A DNA stretch of 64,000 nucleotides from positions 81 to 64,080 of the forward strand of contig JBFLVW010000059.1 in the NCBI GenBank assembly GCA_040758235.1, read 5' to 3'. The notes under the pieces are model-generated. The model was not told the DNA's origin. It did not search any database and was given only the letters and a program-made list of their open reading frames with translations. Below, piece by piece: positions 27,874-39,301 of this stretch. How positions within the stretch are numbered: the stretch's first letter is position 1; every line of letters starts with the position of its first letter. The translations under genes were made by a program, and so were the position numbers. This DNA comes from Candidatus Micrarchaeota archaeon (GTDB taxonomy: Archaea > Micrarchaeota > Micrarchaeia > Anstonellales > Bilamarchaeaceae).

Positions 27874-27957
27874 GAAGATTATGCTTGTATAAACCCATAA
27901 AAATTTTTGTCCCAAAACTCTGCACACATGGTTCGGGGGAGAGGGCTATGCCCTGGG

Positions 27958-28386
27958 TTATTCAGGCTCGTAGGCATTTGCTGTGCTTTTGCGCGAGACT
28001 ACGTCACTGCTTCCAGCGTTCCTTTCGACAACAGACTGCTCAATCTCGAATTCACTCCAAACCTTCCCGCCCGGTGCAGTCTTTTTCCGGCCTGTTGGCA
28101 TTTTGCTCTTATAAGTACAATTTTCTCCGTGAACTGTGTTGGGGTGACGGCTATAACTGCAGAATAATTCAACCTTGCGCTTCAGGATGCTGAGGCGTAT
28201 GGCGCTGACTCCGTAGCCGCCGGAAACAGGACGATGGCAGCTGCCTTCGAAGCCGACATTGCCGTTCCGGACTGCCGCGGCGCATGAACCAGCGATGGAG
28301 GCTGCAAGCACCCCGGCGAAAACGAATCTGTTCCTTCTGGATTTGGATGCAGGGACTCGTTCCGCTTCCGTACTCTTGGTCTGCAT
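27958..28386 (-). CDS. Hypothetical exported protein
   Basis: MQTKS...RRNRFVFAGVLAASIAG (basic then hydrophobic N-terminus), with TTTTAAAT upstream on the minus strand. Confidence 0.5.
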   Translation of the reverse strand: MQTKSTEAERVPASKSRRNRFVFAGVLAASIAGSCAAAVRNGNVGFEGSCHRPVSGGYGVSAIRLSILKRKVELFCSYSRHPNTVHGENCTYKSKMPTGRKKTAPGGKVWSEFEIEQSVVERNAGSSDVVSRKSTANAYEPE

Positions 28387-28445
28387 GTAGATATTGTCGC
28401 TGGAGGTATTTAAAAATGTTAAATTAACGCCGGGGCGGCCATTGA

Positions 28446-29756
28446 TTACTTCTTGCGTGCTTTGCGCTTCGTGTTTCGCCCATCGAACTTGGGAGTCTCC
28501 AGAACCAGCATCTCTTCCGGATATGCGAGATGCGAGCGGGTTTTTGAGTATGCACGGAAGAACTCCATTATCGCCGCGGAGGCTTTCGTCACCGGCCTCC
28601 GGACGGTCGCCCATATCTTCCCTTTTTTGGCTTTGAATTTCGCCCTTTTGTGGCTTTTTTTGAATCCTGAAACATGCTCCTTCATCTTCAGGGGCGGGCC
28701 TTCCACCTCCATCGTTTTGGGAAGCTCGTCCCTCCCGAGGACGAACGCGATGCGGACTATATGCTGGCTGTCGTCGGCGAATATGCTCGCCGGGGAGAAG
28801 TCCGCGAGATGCGGCTTGAGCTGCCCGAGGAGCTTGTGGAGCTGGCCCCACATGATGTCGTCGACGACATCGGGCCGGGGCATCGAGAGCAGGAAGAGCT
28901 TCTTCCCTTTCGAGAGCCTGGCCGCCTGCTCCTCGAACGTTTCCCTTTTCCTGAAGAACGCCTCCGCGGTAGGCTTCCTCACGAACGCCCGGCATTCCGC
29001 GACCAGCCTCTTCAGGTTCGCCGGGGAGACCGCGGCCGCAACATTCCTGTTCCTGTCGGTGGGGTCGACGACTATGAAGTCCGAGCGGAAGCGCTCCCGG
29101 AGGGCCTTCAGGTCGCGGGCCTTGTAGTATTTTTTCAGGTCGATGAGGACGGGCGGCTTCCATTTCGATATCGCCCGGACGAGCCTTCGGAACGAGCCGT
29201 ATCTTATTATGAGGAGCTCGCAAAGGTATCCGGAGAGGCCCTCCACGCGTATCTCCGCCCCGTAGAGGCCGGCAGCCCGCAGGAACTGCTTTGTGAGCAG
29301 GACATCTGCGCGCTGGCCCTCCTTCAGGTTGTCGAGGACGAAGACCGTGTGCAGGACCGAGCGGTCCACCGCGCTCTGGCGCTCCGCCGCGTCATCTATC
29401 CTGTAGGCCGGAACGAGGTCTATGCGCCTGCCCTCGAAATGGAAGCGGACGTATGGGTGCTCGGCGTAGCTGAGCTGGTAGCCGAGGGTGGGGAACGAAA
29501 ATTCCATTATCCTTTTGATGTGCGGCTCCAGCTCGCTTCTCTGGACCGAGCGGTCGAAAAGGACGAAGATGTCTATGTCCCTTTTGTCCCGCAGGAAGGT
29601 CCCCTTGGCCATCGAGCCGGTGAGGACTGCTTCGCACCCCTGGGGCGCGTTCTCCTGGATGTGCGAGACCAGCATCCGCGCGAACGCCAGCTCCTCCTCC
29701 GCCTCGGCCCGGTTAGGGCTTATCGCGGCTGCCACTGAGGAGAGGATTTTCCGCAT
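28446..29756 (-). CDS. cca: Archaeal (class I) CCA-adding enzyme
   Basis: GSMAKGTFL...DIDIF, YAEHPY, DLVPAY, SAVDRS, GLSGYLCELL, DPTDRNRNVAAA. Confidence 0.96.
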   Translation of the reverse strand: MRKILSSVAAAISPNRAEAEEELAFARMLVSHIQENAPQGCEAVLTGSMAKGTFLRDKRDIDIFVLFDRSVQRSELEPHIKRIMEFSFPTLGYQLSYAEHPYVRFHFEGRRIDLVPAYRIDDAAERQSAVDRSVLHTVFVLDNLKEGQRADVLLTKQFLRAAGLYGAEIRVEGLSGYLCELLIIRYGSFRRLVRAISKWKPPVLIDLKKYYKARDLKALRERFRSDFIVVDPTDRNRNVAAAVSPANLKRLVAECRAFVRKPTAEAFFRKRETFEEQAARLSKGKKLFLLSMPRPDVVDDIMWGQLHKLLGQLKPHLADFSPASIFADDSQHIVRIAFVLGRDELPKTMEVEGPPLKMKEHVSGFKKSHKRAKFKAKKGKIWATVRRPVTKASAAIMEFFRAYSKTRSHLAYPEEMLVLETPKFDGRNTKRKARKK

Positions 29757-29806
29757 GGCTAAGCCTCGGAAGCAATCTTTTAAAAGAACGCTACGGAATG
29801 GCTTGC

Positions 29807-32077
29807 ATGCGACGATTGCTGGCGCTGCTATTCATAGTTACGCTTCTCGGATTCGGCTGCCTCGAGGACCGGACGTTCCCCGGCTCGCGGGCCGAGTCGG
29901 TCTCCAACAGCCAGGAAGTCGACCTGGACAGCGACGGCTCGTATGACTATGCGGTTTATGATTTCGCGCCGGTCGCCGTCCCGGAATCCGGGCTGACAGT
30001 GACGAGGCAGATGACGGTCGCCGTCGAAACCTCCGGCGCGTTCTCTGAGATAGACCCCAACCTCACGGACGTGGACCTGCTCCTTGCGGACCAGAGCCTG
30101 GAGGAGTTCTCCAAATCCAGGATACAGGCCGAGACCGAATGCAGCGAGCAGATCGGCCTTGCGAGCGTCGTATGCTCCGACATACTCACATGCAGCAAGC
30201 TTTGCTCGGCGGCCTCCGTGAAGTGCAAGAGGATAGTCGAGAACGACGAGGAGGTAATCGCCGGCTCCATGATTTCATATGTCCAGTCCAACAACAGGAT
30301 ACGCTCGCTCCTGCTGGACGCGCGCAGGAGCGTGGTCGAGTTCCGCACCGCGGGCGAAGAGGAGCGCGCGGAGTTCATGCAGAACATAAGGGGCATAATC
30401 ACCGAGGTCGGGAGCATCAACTCCAACCCGGTCTACACGCTTGCGGACTTCGGGCTGTGCCAGCACAACGACTTCGGCGTCCCCTACATCAACGAGGCTC
30501 TCGCGAGGATAGGAACGCACGGCGCGGAGCCGACGGGCTACAGGTACAGGATGATTCTCACGGTAAAGGGCCAGGGCGCGAACGGCGGCGGGGCCGAGAC
30601 CGCGAACCTCGGGATTTCGGACAGGGTTCCGTCTTCCGTCGTCCCGCAGCCCGAGCAGATATCGTCAATTCAGACCATCTCGGCCTCCTCAGAAGGCGGG
30701 TGGGCGCTCGTCAACTGGACGTCGTCCGGAGCCGCGAAGGACGGCTACGTTTTCGAATACGAGTTCCGCTCAGCCGAATCTCCGGAGAACGTAGTGAGCG
30801 CCCTCAGGGCTCCTGATGTCAAGGTGAGGAAGCTCAATCTGGTCTTCCTCGCCCCGACCAATTTCTTCCTGACGGCGGTCCACGGCCTGACGAAGGATTA
30901 CTTCTTCGCCTACGGGGCCGCGCTCGGCATCACGGTCGCGATACTGTTCTTCATATACAACTTCTTCGTGCTCGCCTTCACCATGGTTTCCGAGCGCGCG
31001 GCCGGGGCGACATTCACCACAGGCTTCCGAAAGGCCTTCGGCAGGACCGACGTCAAGTGGAAGACCGACATAATCATAGCTTTGGTGGCGCTTGCCGGGG
31101 CGCTGACGGTGCCTTCCCTCACGGCCATCGCCCAGCCGCCCTCGGCCCCCACAGTGCTCGGCTCGTTCGAGGTCATCCTCGCGAGCGGAGCCGGCCTCGT
31201 CGTCATCGGCCTCTCGTTCGTGGGCTTCGTCTTCCTTTACTTCGTCATCGACAACATCGCGAAGATAACGATACTCGAGAAGGCGTACGGCATGGTAATC
31301 AAGCAGGAAAAGGACATGTTCCTCGCCAAAGCCGCATCGCTAAAGGACAGGATAAAGGAGCTTGAGACGCTCATCGAGGAGCTGAGCAAGGAGGACTTCG
31401 AAGTGTCCAAGGAATACGAGGTCCTGAGCGCGATGAAATCCGAGAAGATAGACGCCCTGACCAAGGAGATGACCGCAAGGACGAAGGCAGTCATAGACGA
31501 GGACCTCTCGAAGGTGGAGAGGGCGGTAAGCGGCCTCAAGGAGAGGAAGCGCCTGACCGACGAGAGCTGGGCGAAATGGAAGGAAAGCATAGCGAAGGGG
31601 CTCTCCGAGCAGGGGGAGGTATACACCTCTTCGCTGGTGACGATACCGGCTTCCCTGCGCAACTGGGCGCTCAGCAGGTACGTCAAGGAGGAGGGCGCCG
31701 AGGGCCTCGTATTCGAGCGCGACTCCATCAAGCGCAAGAAGGTCACGCCCGAGCAGATGGTCCAGGACCTCGTCCAGCGCGGCTTCATACGGGGGGCGGT
31801 CGTGATGAAGGACGACAAGCCCATAGTGTCCGAATTCGCAGAAGGCGGGGGGACGGTGATGACCGCCCTGTCCATGAAGCTCGCATCATACCTCAAGTCG
31901 CTCGCGAAGAACCTCGGCCAGCACGAGCCCGTGAGCTTCATAGCGCAGGGCGAGCGCAGGGTAATCGTGATGATGAAGGGCAGGACCGTATATTCCATTG
32001 TTTTCGTCAACAGGGACAAGTTCAAGGACGCGATGGAGCAGTGGAAGGCCAAGATGAAGCTGTTCGAAGGCGGCTGA
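29807..32077 (+). CDS. Large membrane protein: Cys-rich ectodomain, three TM helices, coiled coil and C-terminal Roadblock/LC7-like domain
   Basis: Lipobox-like LLGFGC, DLDSDGSYD Ca-binding-like loop, Cys cluster, TM helices, heptads, and a C-terminal alpha-beta2-alpha-beta3-alpha pattern. Confidence 0.75.
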   Translation: MRRLLALLFIVTLLGFGCLEDRTFPGSRAESVSNSQEVDLDSDGSYDYAVYDFAPVAVPESGLTVTRQMTVAVETSGAFSEIDPNLTDVDLLLADQSLEEFSKSRIQAETECSEQIGLASVVCSDILTCSKLCSAASVKCKRIVENDEEVIAGSMISYVQSNNRIRSLLLDARRSVVEFRTAGEEERAEFMQNIRGIITEVGSINSNPVYTLADFGLCQHNDFGVPYINEALARIGTHGAEPTGYRYRMILTVKGQGANGGGAETANLGISDRVPSSVVPQPEQISSIQTISASSEGGWALVNWTSSGAAKDGYVFEYEFRSAESPENVVSALRAPDVKVRKLNLVFLAPTNFFLTAVHGLTKDYFFAYGAALGITVAILFFIYNFFVLAFTMVSERAAGATFTTGFRKAFGRTDVKWKTDIIIALVALAGALTVPSLTAIAQPPSAPTVLGSFEVILASGAGLVVIGLSFVGFVFLYFVIDNIAKITILEKAYGMVIKQEKDMFLAKAASLKDRIKELETLIEELSKEDFEVSKEYEVLSAMKSEKIDALTKEMTARTKAVIDEDLSKVERAVSGLKERKRLTDESWAKWKESIAKGLSEQGEVYTSSLVTIPASLRNWALSRYVKEEGAEGLVFERDSIKRKKVTPEQMVQDLVQRGFIRGAVVMKDDKPIVSEFAEGGGTVMTALSMKLASYLKSLAKNLGQHEPVSFIAQGERRVIVMMKGRTVYSIVFVNRDKFKDAMEQWKAKMKLFEGG

Positions 32078-32268
32078 TTTTTGGTGTGCGGAGAAGGCCC
32101 TTTTTTAGGCGCGCAAGGCCCTCCTTTTTGTGTGTATAGCAGTATTGCCATGGTAAAAAATAGGGCAGGAATTGGCCCAAAAACACAACCCATATAAAGG
32201 CTTTCAGGCAATTCATTTACGCTATTCTCTACGACGTGAAATGGGGTTCCAGGACCAGTGGTTTTTTT

Positions 32269-34158
32269 ATGGGTGAAGACATCGGATATACCGCGAAGGA
32301 GATACAGGTCCTTGAGGGTCTGGAAGGCGTCAGGAAAAGGCCCGGAATGTACATAGGGGACACCTACAAGCGGGGCCTCCACCACCTCGTGTTCGAAATC
32401 GTGGACAACAGCATAGACGAGGCCCTCGCGGGCCACTGCAGGAACATAACGATAACCCTGAGGCAGGACGGCGGCGTCATGATAAAGGACGACGGCAGGG
32501 GCATCCCCACGGACCGGCACGCCTCCGGGAAATCCGCGCTCGAGCTGGTCTCGAGCTCCCTCCATGCCGGGGGCAAGTTCGAGAAGAAGGCCTACAAGGT
32601 TTCCGGAGGCCTGCACGGGGTGGGCATGAGCGTCGTCAACGCCCTCTCGGAATGGATGATTATAGAGGTCCACAGGGAAGGGAAAATCCACAGGATATCC
32701 TATTCCCGCGGCAGGCTGTCGAGCCCCGTTACCGTGATGGGGGACACGGAGAATCGCGGGACCTGGGTGTCGTTCAAGCCCGACCATCAGGTATTCCAGT
32801 CGATAGCCTTCGAATTCGACTACCTCGCGGAGCGGATGATGGAGCTCGCTTTCCTGAACAAGGGCCTGAGGATAACGCTCGAGGACGAGAAGGACGGGAA
32901 AAAGAGCGAATACTGCTACGAGGGGGGGATTGCGGAGTTCGTGAAATACCTCAACCAGGCCAAGAACAAGCTGCACGAGCCGGTCTATTTCGCGAAGAAG
33001 AACGATCACCTCGAGATAGAGTGCGCCCTGCAGTACACGGACGCCTACAGCGACAGCATATACAGCTTCGTGAACGACATAAAGACCATCGAGGGCGGGA
33101 CGCATGTGGTGGGCTTCAGGACCGCCCTGACGAGAGCAATCAACGACTTCGCCCGCACCAACAAGCTCGTCAAGGAGGAGCACAAGATTACCGGCGACGA
33201 CTCGATAGAGGGCATCACCGCCATCCTCAGCATCAAGATAGCCGAGCCGCAGTTCGAGGGGCAGACCAAGACCAAGCTGGGGAACAGCGAGGTAAGGGGG
33301 GCCGTCGACTCCATAGTGTACGATTCCCTTAAGACGTACATGGAGGAGCACCCCCCGGATGCGAAGCGCATCATGGACAAGATAGTGAACGCCATGGAGG
33401 CGCGCGAGGCGGCCCAGAAGGCGAAGGACCTCATCCGGAGGAAGAACGTCTTCGAGAGCAGCGTGCTCCCCGGCAAGCTCGCCGATTGCGCCGAGGAGGA
33501 CCCCGCGAAATCGGAGATTTTCTTCGTGGAGGGGGATTCGGCGGGCGGGAGCAGCAAGATGGCCCGCGACCGCCAGCACCAGGCCATCCTCCCCCTGAGG
33601 GGCAAGATACTGAACGTGGAGAAGGCGCCGATGCACAAGGTGCTCGAGAGCGAGCAGATACGGAACATCGTCCTGTCCATCGGGGCCGGGTTCAAGGACG
33701 ACTTCGACATAGCCAAGGTCAGGTACCACAAGATTATAATCATGAGCGATGCCGACGTGGACGGCTCTCACATACGGACGCTCATACTGACGCTCTTCTA
33801 CAGGTATTTCAGGCAGATAATCGAGAAAGGCTACCTTTACGCCGCCCAGCCGCCCCTCTACCGCGTCGCCAGGGGCAAAAGCGTCCAGTACGCCTACAGC
33901 GATGCGGAGCTCGCAGAAATCACGAAGCAGACCGGCGACGGGGCGAACATACAGAGATACAAGGGGCTTGGTGAGATGAACGCCGAGCAGCTCTGGGAGA
34001 CGACAATGAACCCGGAGACGCGGACGCTCAAGAAGGTCACGATAGAGGACGCGATGGTCGCGGACGAGCTTTTCACAATCCTCATGGGCGACCAGGTCGA
34101 ACCGAGGAGGAATTTCATCGAGCAGCACGCGGCGAGCGTGAAGAACCTGGACATCTAG
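32269..34158 (+). CDS. gyrB: DNA gyrase subunit B
   Basis: [64 protein letters not shown]. Confidence 0.98.
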   Translation: MGEDIGYTAKEIQVLEGLEGVRKRPGMYIGDTYKRGLHHLVFEIVDNSIDEALAGHCRNITITLRQDGGVMIKDDGRGIPTDRHASGKSALELVSSSLHAGGKFEKKAYKVSGGLHGVGMSVVNALSEWMIIEVHREGKIHRISYSRGRLSSPVTVMGDTENRGTWVSFKPDHQVFQSIAFEFDYLAERMMELAFLNKGLRITLEDEKDGKKSEYCYEGGIAEFVKYLNQAKNKLHEPVYFAKKNDHLEIECALQYTDAYSDSIYSFVNDIKTIEGGTHVVGFRTALTRAINDFARTNKLVKEEHKITGDDSIEGITAILSIKIAEPQFEGQTKTKLGNSEVRGAVDSIVYDSLKTYMEEHPPDAKRIMDKIVNAMEAREAAQKAKDLIRRKNVFESSVLPGKLADCAEEDPAKSEIFFVEGDSAGGSSKMARDRQHQAILPLRGKILNVEKAPMHKVLESEQIRNIVLSIGAGFKDDFDIAKVRYHKIIIMSDADVDGSHIRTLILTLFYRYFRQIIEKGYLYAAQPPLYRVARGKSVQYAYSDAELAEITKQTGDGANIQRYKGLGEMNAEQLWETTMNPETRTLKKVTIEDAMVADELFTILMGDQVEPRRNFIEQHAASVKNLDI

Positions 34159-34165
34159 TGGTCAT

Positions 34166-36604
34166 ATGCCGGAGACGATTACAAACAGGCCGATTGAAGC
34201 CGACATGAAGGAGAGCTACCTCGACTACGCCATGTCGGTCATAATCGGCCGCGCCATTCCCGACGTCCGGGACGGCCTCAAGCCAGTCCACCGGAGGGTC
34301 CTCTTCGGCATGCAGGACCTCGGCAACGTTTATGGCAAGCCCACCAAGAAAAGCGCGCGCATCGTCGGCGACGTTTTGGGCAAGTACCACCCGCACGGGG
34401 ACCTTGCCGTTTACGACGCGCTCGTCAGGATGGCCCAGCCTTTTTCGCTGCGGTATACGTTAGTTGATGGTCAAGGAAATATGGGTAGCATCGACGGGGA
34501 CTCGCCCGCCGCGATGAGGTACACCGAAGTGAGGATGGCCAAGATCACCGCGGAGATGCTCTCGGACATCGACAAGGAGACAGTCGCGTTCACAGACAAC
34601 TTCGACGGCACACTCAAGGAGCCGACGGTCCTCCCGACAAGGATTCCGAACCTCCTCATCAACGGCTCGTCCGGCATAGCGGTCGGGATGGCGACCAACA
34701 TCCCCCCGCACAACCTTTCCGAGATAATAGACGCGACCGTCGCGTTCATAGAAGGGGGGGACGAGAGCGCGATTATCAGGCTCGTGAAGGGGCCGGACTT
34801 CCCGACCGGCGGCATAATAGTAGGCAGCGGCGGCATCCTGGAAGCTTACAGGACGGGCAGGGGCGTGATTAAGCTCCGCGGCCGGGCCAGGAAGGACGAG
34901 AAGAGGAACGCGTTAATAGTCACCGAAATCCCATACCAGATAACCAAGACCGCGGTCATAGAATCCATAGTGGAGGCGGTCAGGAACAAGAAAATAGACG
35001 GGATAGGGGGCGTGCACGACCGCTCGGACAAGGAGGGGATGGAGGTCGTGATAGACCTCAAGAAGGGCGCGGACGCGGACATAGTGCTCAACCAGCTCTA
35101 CGCCCACACCCAGCTCCAGACTTCCTTCGGGATAATCAACCTGGCGATATGCGACAAGCACCCGAAGATTCTCCCGCTTTACCAGTTCATCCGCGAATTC
35201 GTCGAGTTCAGGAAGGAGGTCGTCAGGAAGAGGAGCGAGTTCGAGCTGAAGGAGGCGAAGGCCAGGGCCCATATCCTCGAAGGCCTTCGCATCGCGCTCG
35301 GTAACATAGACCCTATTGTGGAGTTCTTGAGGAAGTCCAAGGACCTCGAGGAGGCGCGCAGGGGCCTGATGGGCCGCTACAGCCTGAGCGAGCTGCAGGC
35401 AAACGCGATACTCGACATGAAGCTGTCGAGGCTTATCGCCCTCGAGCGCGAGAAAATAGAGAACGAGTACCAGGAGCTGACGAAGAAGATATCATGGCTC
35501 AACGAGGTGCTCGCGGACGTCCGCAAGATACTGGAAATCATAAAGGCCGAGCTTGCCGAGATAAAGGCGAAATACGGCGACGAGCGCAGGACGGAAGTGG
35601 TCGAGGGGGAGGACGGGGGCATAGACATGGAGTCGCTCATCCCCAACGACGACGTCGTGGTCGTAATCAGCAGCCGCGGCTACGTCAAGCGCGTCAGCCT
35701 GCAGGAATACCGCTCCCAGCACCGCGGGGGCAAGGGAGTCATCGGCACCGAGACGAAGGAGGAGGACGTCGTCCATGACGTGATAGTCACCAAAAACCAC
35801 AGCTACCTCCTTCTCTTCACCGACAAGGGCAGGGCATTCTGGCTGAAGGTGTACAGGATACCCGAAAGCGGCAGGTATTCGACCGGAAAAACGCTGGTCA
35901 GCCTCCTCGACCTCAAGGACGAAAAGATCACTTCGTGGATTTCGGTGGACCGGTTCGACACGGGCGAGTACCTCTCGATGGTCACGAAAAACGGCATCAT
36001 CAAGCGGACCGCCCTTGATAACTTCTCGAACGTGAGGAAGGTCGGGATAATCGCGATTACCCTCAGGGAAGGCGACCGGCTGGTTGAAGTAATCAAGACC
36101 GACGGGAAGCAGGACCTCGTCTTAGCCACCAAAAAAGGCCAGGCCATCCGGTTCAAGGAGGAGGAAGCGAGGGAGATAGGCCGCACCGGCCAGGGCGTCA
36201 TCGGTATCCGGTTCAAGGAGGGCACGGACGAGGTCGTTAGCATCACGGCCTGCAAAAAGCCGACGATCCTGACTGTTACCGAGAACGGGTTCGGAAAAAG
36301 GACCCACATAGAGGAATACCGCGTCCAGGGCCGCGGAGGGTCGGGCGTCATCAACATCAAGACGGAGGGCCGCAACGGCGACGTCGTCGGCATCAGGGCG
36401 GTCGAGGACGACGACGAGGTCATCGTCATGAGCTCGAAGGGCCAGGCGATACGGACATACGTGAGGGACATATCGGTCATCGGCAGGAACACCCAGGGCG
36501 TGACTATAATCAGGCTTGGCGAGGGGGAGAAAGTCGCGAGCTTCGCGGCGGTCCCTAAGGAGCAGGCCGGAGCTCAGGAGCCTGAACCCCCTAAAGCCCA
36601 ATGA
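34166..36604 (+). CDS. gyrA: DNA gyrase subunit A
   Basis: [15 protein letters not shown], catalytic AAMRYTE, GyrA box QHRGGKG and beta-pinwheel repeats. Confidence 0.98.
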   Translation: MPETITNRPIEADMKESYLDYAMSVIIGRAIPDVRDGLKPVHRRVLFGMQDLGNVYGKPTKKSARIVGDVLGKYHPHGDLAVYDALVRMAQPFSLRYTLVDGQGNMGSIDGDSPAAMRYTEVRMAKITAEMLSDIDKETVAFTDNFDGTLKEPTVLPTRIPNLLINGSSGIAVGMATNIPPHNLSEIIDATVAFIEGGDESAIIRLVKGPDFPTGGIIVGSGGILEAYRTGRGVIKLRGRARKDEKRNALIVTEIPYQITKTAVIESIVEAVRNKKIDGIGGVHDRSDKEGMEVVIDLKKGADADIVLNQLYAHTQLQTSFGIINLAICDKHPKILPLYQFIREFVEFRKEVVRKRSEFELKEAKARAHILEGLRIALGNIDPIVEFLRKSKDLEEARRGLMGRYSLSELQANAILDMKLSRLIALEREKIENEYQELTKKISWLNEVLADVRKILEIIKAELAEIKAKYGDERRTEVVEGEDGGIDMESLIPNDDVVVVISSRGYVKRVSLQEYRSQHRGGKGVIGTETKEEDVVHDVIVTKNHSYLLLFTDKGRAFWLKVYRIPESGRYSTGKTLVSLLDLKDEKITSWISVDRFDTGEYLSMVTKNGIIKRTALDNFSNVRKVGIIAITLREGDRLVEVIKTDGKQDLVLATKKGQAIRFKEEEAREIGRTGQGVIGIRFKEGTDEVVSITACKKPTILTVTENGFGKRTHIEEYRVQGRGGSGVINIKTEGRNGDVVGIRAVEDDDEVIVMSSKGQAIRTYVRDISVIGRNTQGVTIIRLGEGEKVASFAAVPKEQAGAQEPEPPKAQ

Positions 36605-37583
36605 CGAGGTTCCGCCCTTCCCTTCTCGTTTTCGTGCCCATTTCCCGGCATAGCATCTCCATTTTCCCGCAAATCTCCCCAGCAAGGAAATCCTGCGCGA
36701 GGTTCACCTGGCACTGCGAGATATGAACGGGAACGAGTTCGAGTTTTCTGGTTTTTTTGGATTTTTTGTCGAGATGCACCAAAAAAATGAAGGACCAGTC
36801 GTTCCTGAGGAACGGGTCGACCGCATAGTCGTCCACGAAATCCCCGGTGTCGAAAAGAATGGGTTTCTTGCCCCAAAGCTCGATTCCCTGGAAAACGTGC
36901 GCGCTGTGGCCGTGGAATATATCGATTCCCATGTCCATCGCGTTATGGGCGAAGGAGACGTAGAGCGAATCCGGACGCTGTTTCATGTTCGGCCCCCAGT
37001 GGTCGGAGAAAACGACCAGGTCCGCACCCCTGGCCCTCGCGTCTTTTTGCGCCATTGAGATTTTTTCGAGGACTTCCGGGCGGGTGAGCGTGGGGAGGAA
37101 GTTTATGCCGGCCGCATCCGCCTTCGCGGCCCACCCCGGCTCGTTGTCAGATGCCGAAATGACGCCTATTTTGAGGCCGCCGGCATCCAGCATCGCCGGC
37201 TCTCCCGCCTTTTCCGCATTTTTTCCCGCTCCCGCATGCCGTATTCCGGCCTTATCAAGCCTCTCGAGCATGTCCAGCATCGCTTCCCTGCCGAAATCGA
37301 GCGAATGGTTGTTCGCGAGCGAAACATAATCGATGTTCGCGGCCCTGAGGGATTCGATTGCCCATGGGAGAGCCCTGAAATGGAATACTTTTTCCTCAGG
37401 TTTCCACGGCTCCCCCCTATCAGAAATGACGCACTCGAGGTTGATGAGCCGGAGGTCGGCCTTTTCCAGGACCTCCAGCGTGTCGCCCCAGAAATAGCGC
37501 GGGCCGTTCGCTTCCGCGGCCTCGTTCATCAGCCGGCCGAGCATCACATCCCCGAGGAAGGCAAGCTTCGCAACAGAACCCAT
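36591..37583 (-). CDS. CapA (poly-gamma-glutamate synthesis/PGA_cap) family metallophosphoesterase
   Basis: [36 protein letters not shown]. Confidence 0.9.
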   Translation of the reverse strand: MGSVAKLAFLGDVMLGRLMNEAAEANGPRYFWGDTLEVLEKADLRLINLECVISDRGEPWKPEEKVFHFRALPWAIESLRAANIDYVSLANNHSLDFGREAMLDMLERLDKAGIRHAGAGKNAEKAGEPAMLDAGGLKIGVISASDNEPGWAAKADAAGINFLPTLTRPEVLEKISMAQKDARARGADLVVFSDHWGPNMKQRPDSLYVSFAHNAMDMGIDIFHGHSAHVFQGIELWGKKPILFDTGDFVDDYAVDPFLRNDWSFIFLVHLDKKSKKTRKLELVPVHISQCQVNLAQDFLAGEICGKMEMLCREMGTKTRREGRNLVIGL

Positions 37584-37587
37584 ACCC

Positions 37588-38619
37588 TCATCCCGGCTGC
37601 GGAATACGGATCTTCAGCACGCCCTCGTCCGTCACCGATTCCGTCCCCATGGCCGCGCACAGCGACTGCATTTTCTTGCATGTTTTTTCCGCGTCCGCCC
37701 CCCGTGCGAGTTTCGCCTGGCAGCGGGCGATTTTTATCGGTGTTAGGATGAGGCGCTTCGCCTTTTTTTCGGTTTCGTCTATCTCAACAATGAAAATGAA
37801 GGAGAGGTCGTTGTCCATCCCTGCATAGTCCGGGTAGTCGTCTATAAAATCGCCGGTGTCGTGCAATATGGGCTTGCCGCCCCAAAACCGGATGCCCTGG
37901 AAGATGTGGGCGCTGTGGCCGTGGAAAATGTCCGCTCCCTGGGCCATCGCCTCTTTGGCAAACCGCACGACGGTCCAGTCAGGGGACTTTATCCAGTTGG
38001 GGCCGAGATGGGCTGAAAAAACCGCGATGTCGGAGCGCGCGCGGGACTGCAGGAGCGTCCTTCCTATCTTTTCACGGACACGGCCCCAGCTGAACAGGGC
38101 GCCCGCCCACTGCCTGAGCATCGAATACCTGGAGAGCGTGATGTGGTTCACTCCTGCTTTTTCCCCGAACGCCTCCCATGCCGGCATGTTGTCGCCTGCA
38201 GCTACGAACGATATTTTAGCCCCCCGCGCTTCCAGAAGCGCGGGACGCGTGGCTTCGTCGATGTCCTTCCCTGCTCCGGCGTGCGCTATTCCCGCCCCGT
38301 CAAGCCGCTTCATGGTGTCCAAAAGGGCTTCCCTGCCGTAGTCGAGCGTGTGGTTGTTCGCAAGCGACACGCAGTCTACCCCGCCGGCGGAAAGCGCCCC
38401 TATCGCGGACGGCGGGGCCCGGAAAAGGAACATTTTCTTCTGGCCGCTCCATGGCGAGCCCTTGTCCGATACGGGGCACTCGAGGTTCGAAATCCTCAGG
38501 TCGGCCTTCTTCAGGACCCGGAGCGTGTCTCCCCAGACGTACTCCGGGCCGTGCTTCTCTATCGCCCGCCCCACCCCGTTCGCGAGCATCATGTCCCCGA
38601 GGAAGGCAACCTTCAGCAT
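37588..38619 (-). CDS. CapA family metallophosphoesterase (tandem paralog)
   Basis: GDMML, NLEC, LANNHTLDYG, GHSAH, GDFIDDY. Colinear with the neighbouring copy. Confidence 0.9.
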   Translation of the reverse strand: MLKVAFLGDMMLANGVGRAIEKHGPEYVWGDTLRVLKKADLRISNLECPVSDKGSPWSGQKKMFLFRAPPSAIGALSAGGVDCVSLANNHTLDYGREALLDTMKRLDGAGIAHAGAGKDIDEATRPALLEARGAKISFVAAGDNMPAWEAFGEKAGVNHITLSRYSMLRQWAGALFSWGRVREKIGRTLLQSRARSDIAVFSAHLGPNWIKSPDWTVVRFAKEAMAQGADIFHGHSAHIFQGIRFWGGKPILHDTGDFIDDYPDYAGMDNDLSFIFIVEIDETEKKAKRLILTPIKIARCQAKLARGADAEKTCKKMQSLCAAMGTESVTDEGVLKIRIPQPG

Positions 38620-38668
38620 GAGATGGATTATGCAATAAGGCTATAAAGCTGGAGAGAAACACCAAAAC

Positions 38669-39301
38669 ATGCTCTTCTCGGACCGCTTCGACGCCGGAAG
38701 GCGGCTGGCCGCGGCGCTCGCTCCCTACAAGGGGAGGAAGGATGCTATTATTCTGGCGATTCCCCGCGGGGCCCTCCAGATAGGCAAGGTCCTTCACGAG
38801 CGGCTTGGCCTCCCGCTCGATATCATAGTGACGAAAAAAATCCCCCACCCGATGAGCGACGAGTTCGCAATCGGCGCCGTAGGTCCGGGCGGGGAGTATT
38901 TCGTGAATCCCGATGCGGCGCCAGACATCCTTCCGGAGTACATCGAATCCCAGCGCAGGCGCCTTGAGGCGGCGGTCGGGGAGAAGTATTCCCGTTACCG
39001 TGGCGGGCGGCCCAGGCCGGAGCTGAAGGGGAAGACGATAATCCTCGTGGACGACGGGATAGCCACCGGAAGCACGATTATCGCCGCGATACACGTCCTG
39101 CGGAAACAGGCGCCCGCGAAGATTGTGGTGGCGGTGCCCGTCGCCCCTCCGGACGGCTTAAGGCGCGTCGCAGAGCAGGCCGACGAGGTCGTGTGCCTCG
39201 CAACGCCCACGGACTTCATGGCCATAGGGCAGTTCTACTCCGATTTCACCCAGGTCGAGGACGAGGAAGCGATAGCCATACTCGCCGAATGCTCCGGGTG
39301 A
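38669..39301 (+). CDS. Phosphoribosyltransferase-family protein (FxDRxDAG type)
   Basis: FSDRFDAGRRLA, LAIPRG, LVDDGIATGST, AVPVAP, AIGQFYSDFTQVED. Confidence 0.9.
   Translation: MLFSDRFDAGRRLAAALAPYKGRKDAIILAIPRGALQIGKVLHERLGLPLDIIVTKKIPHPMSDEFAIGAVGPGGEYFVNPDAAPDILPEYIESQRRRLEAAVGEKYSRYRGGRPRPELKGKTIILVDDGIATGSTIIAAIHVLRKQAPAKIVVAVPVAPPDGLRRVAEQADEVVCLATPTDFMAIGQFYSDFTQVEDEEAIAILAECSG

Noticed and set aside
31237..34128. 963-aa minus-strand ORF
   Set aside because: Antisense shadow of gyrB and the upstream gene, as expected from GC-rich codon bias. No motifs.
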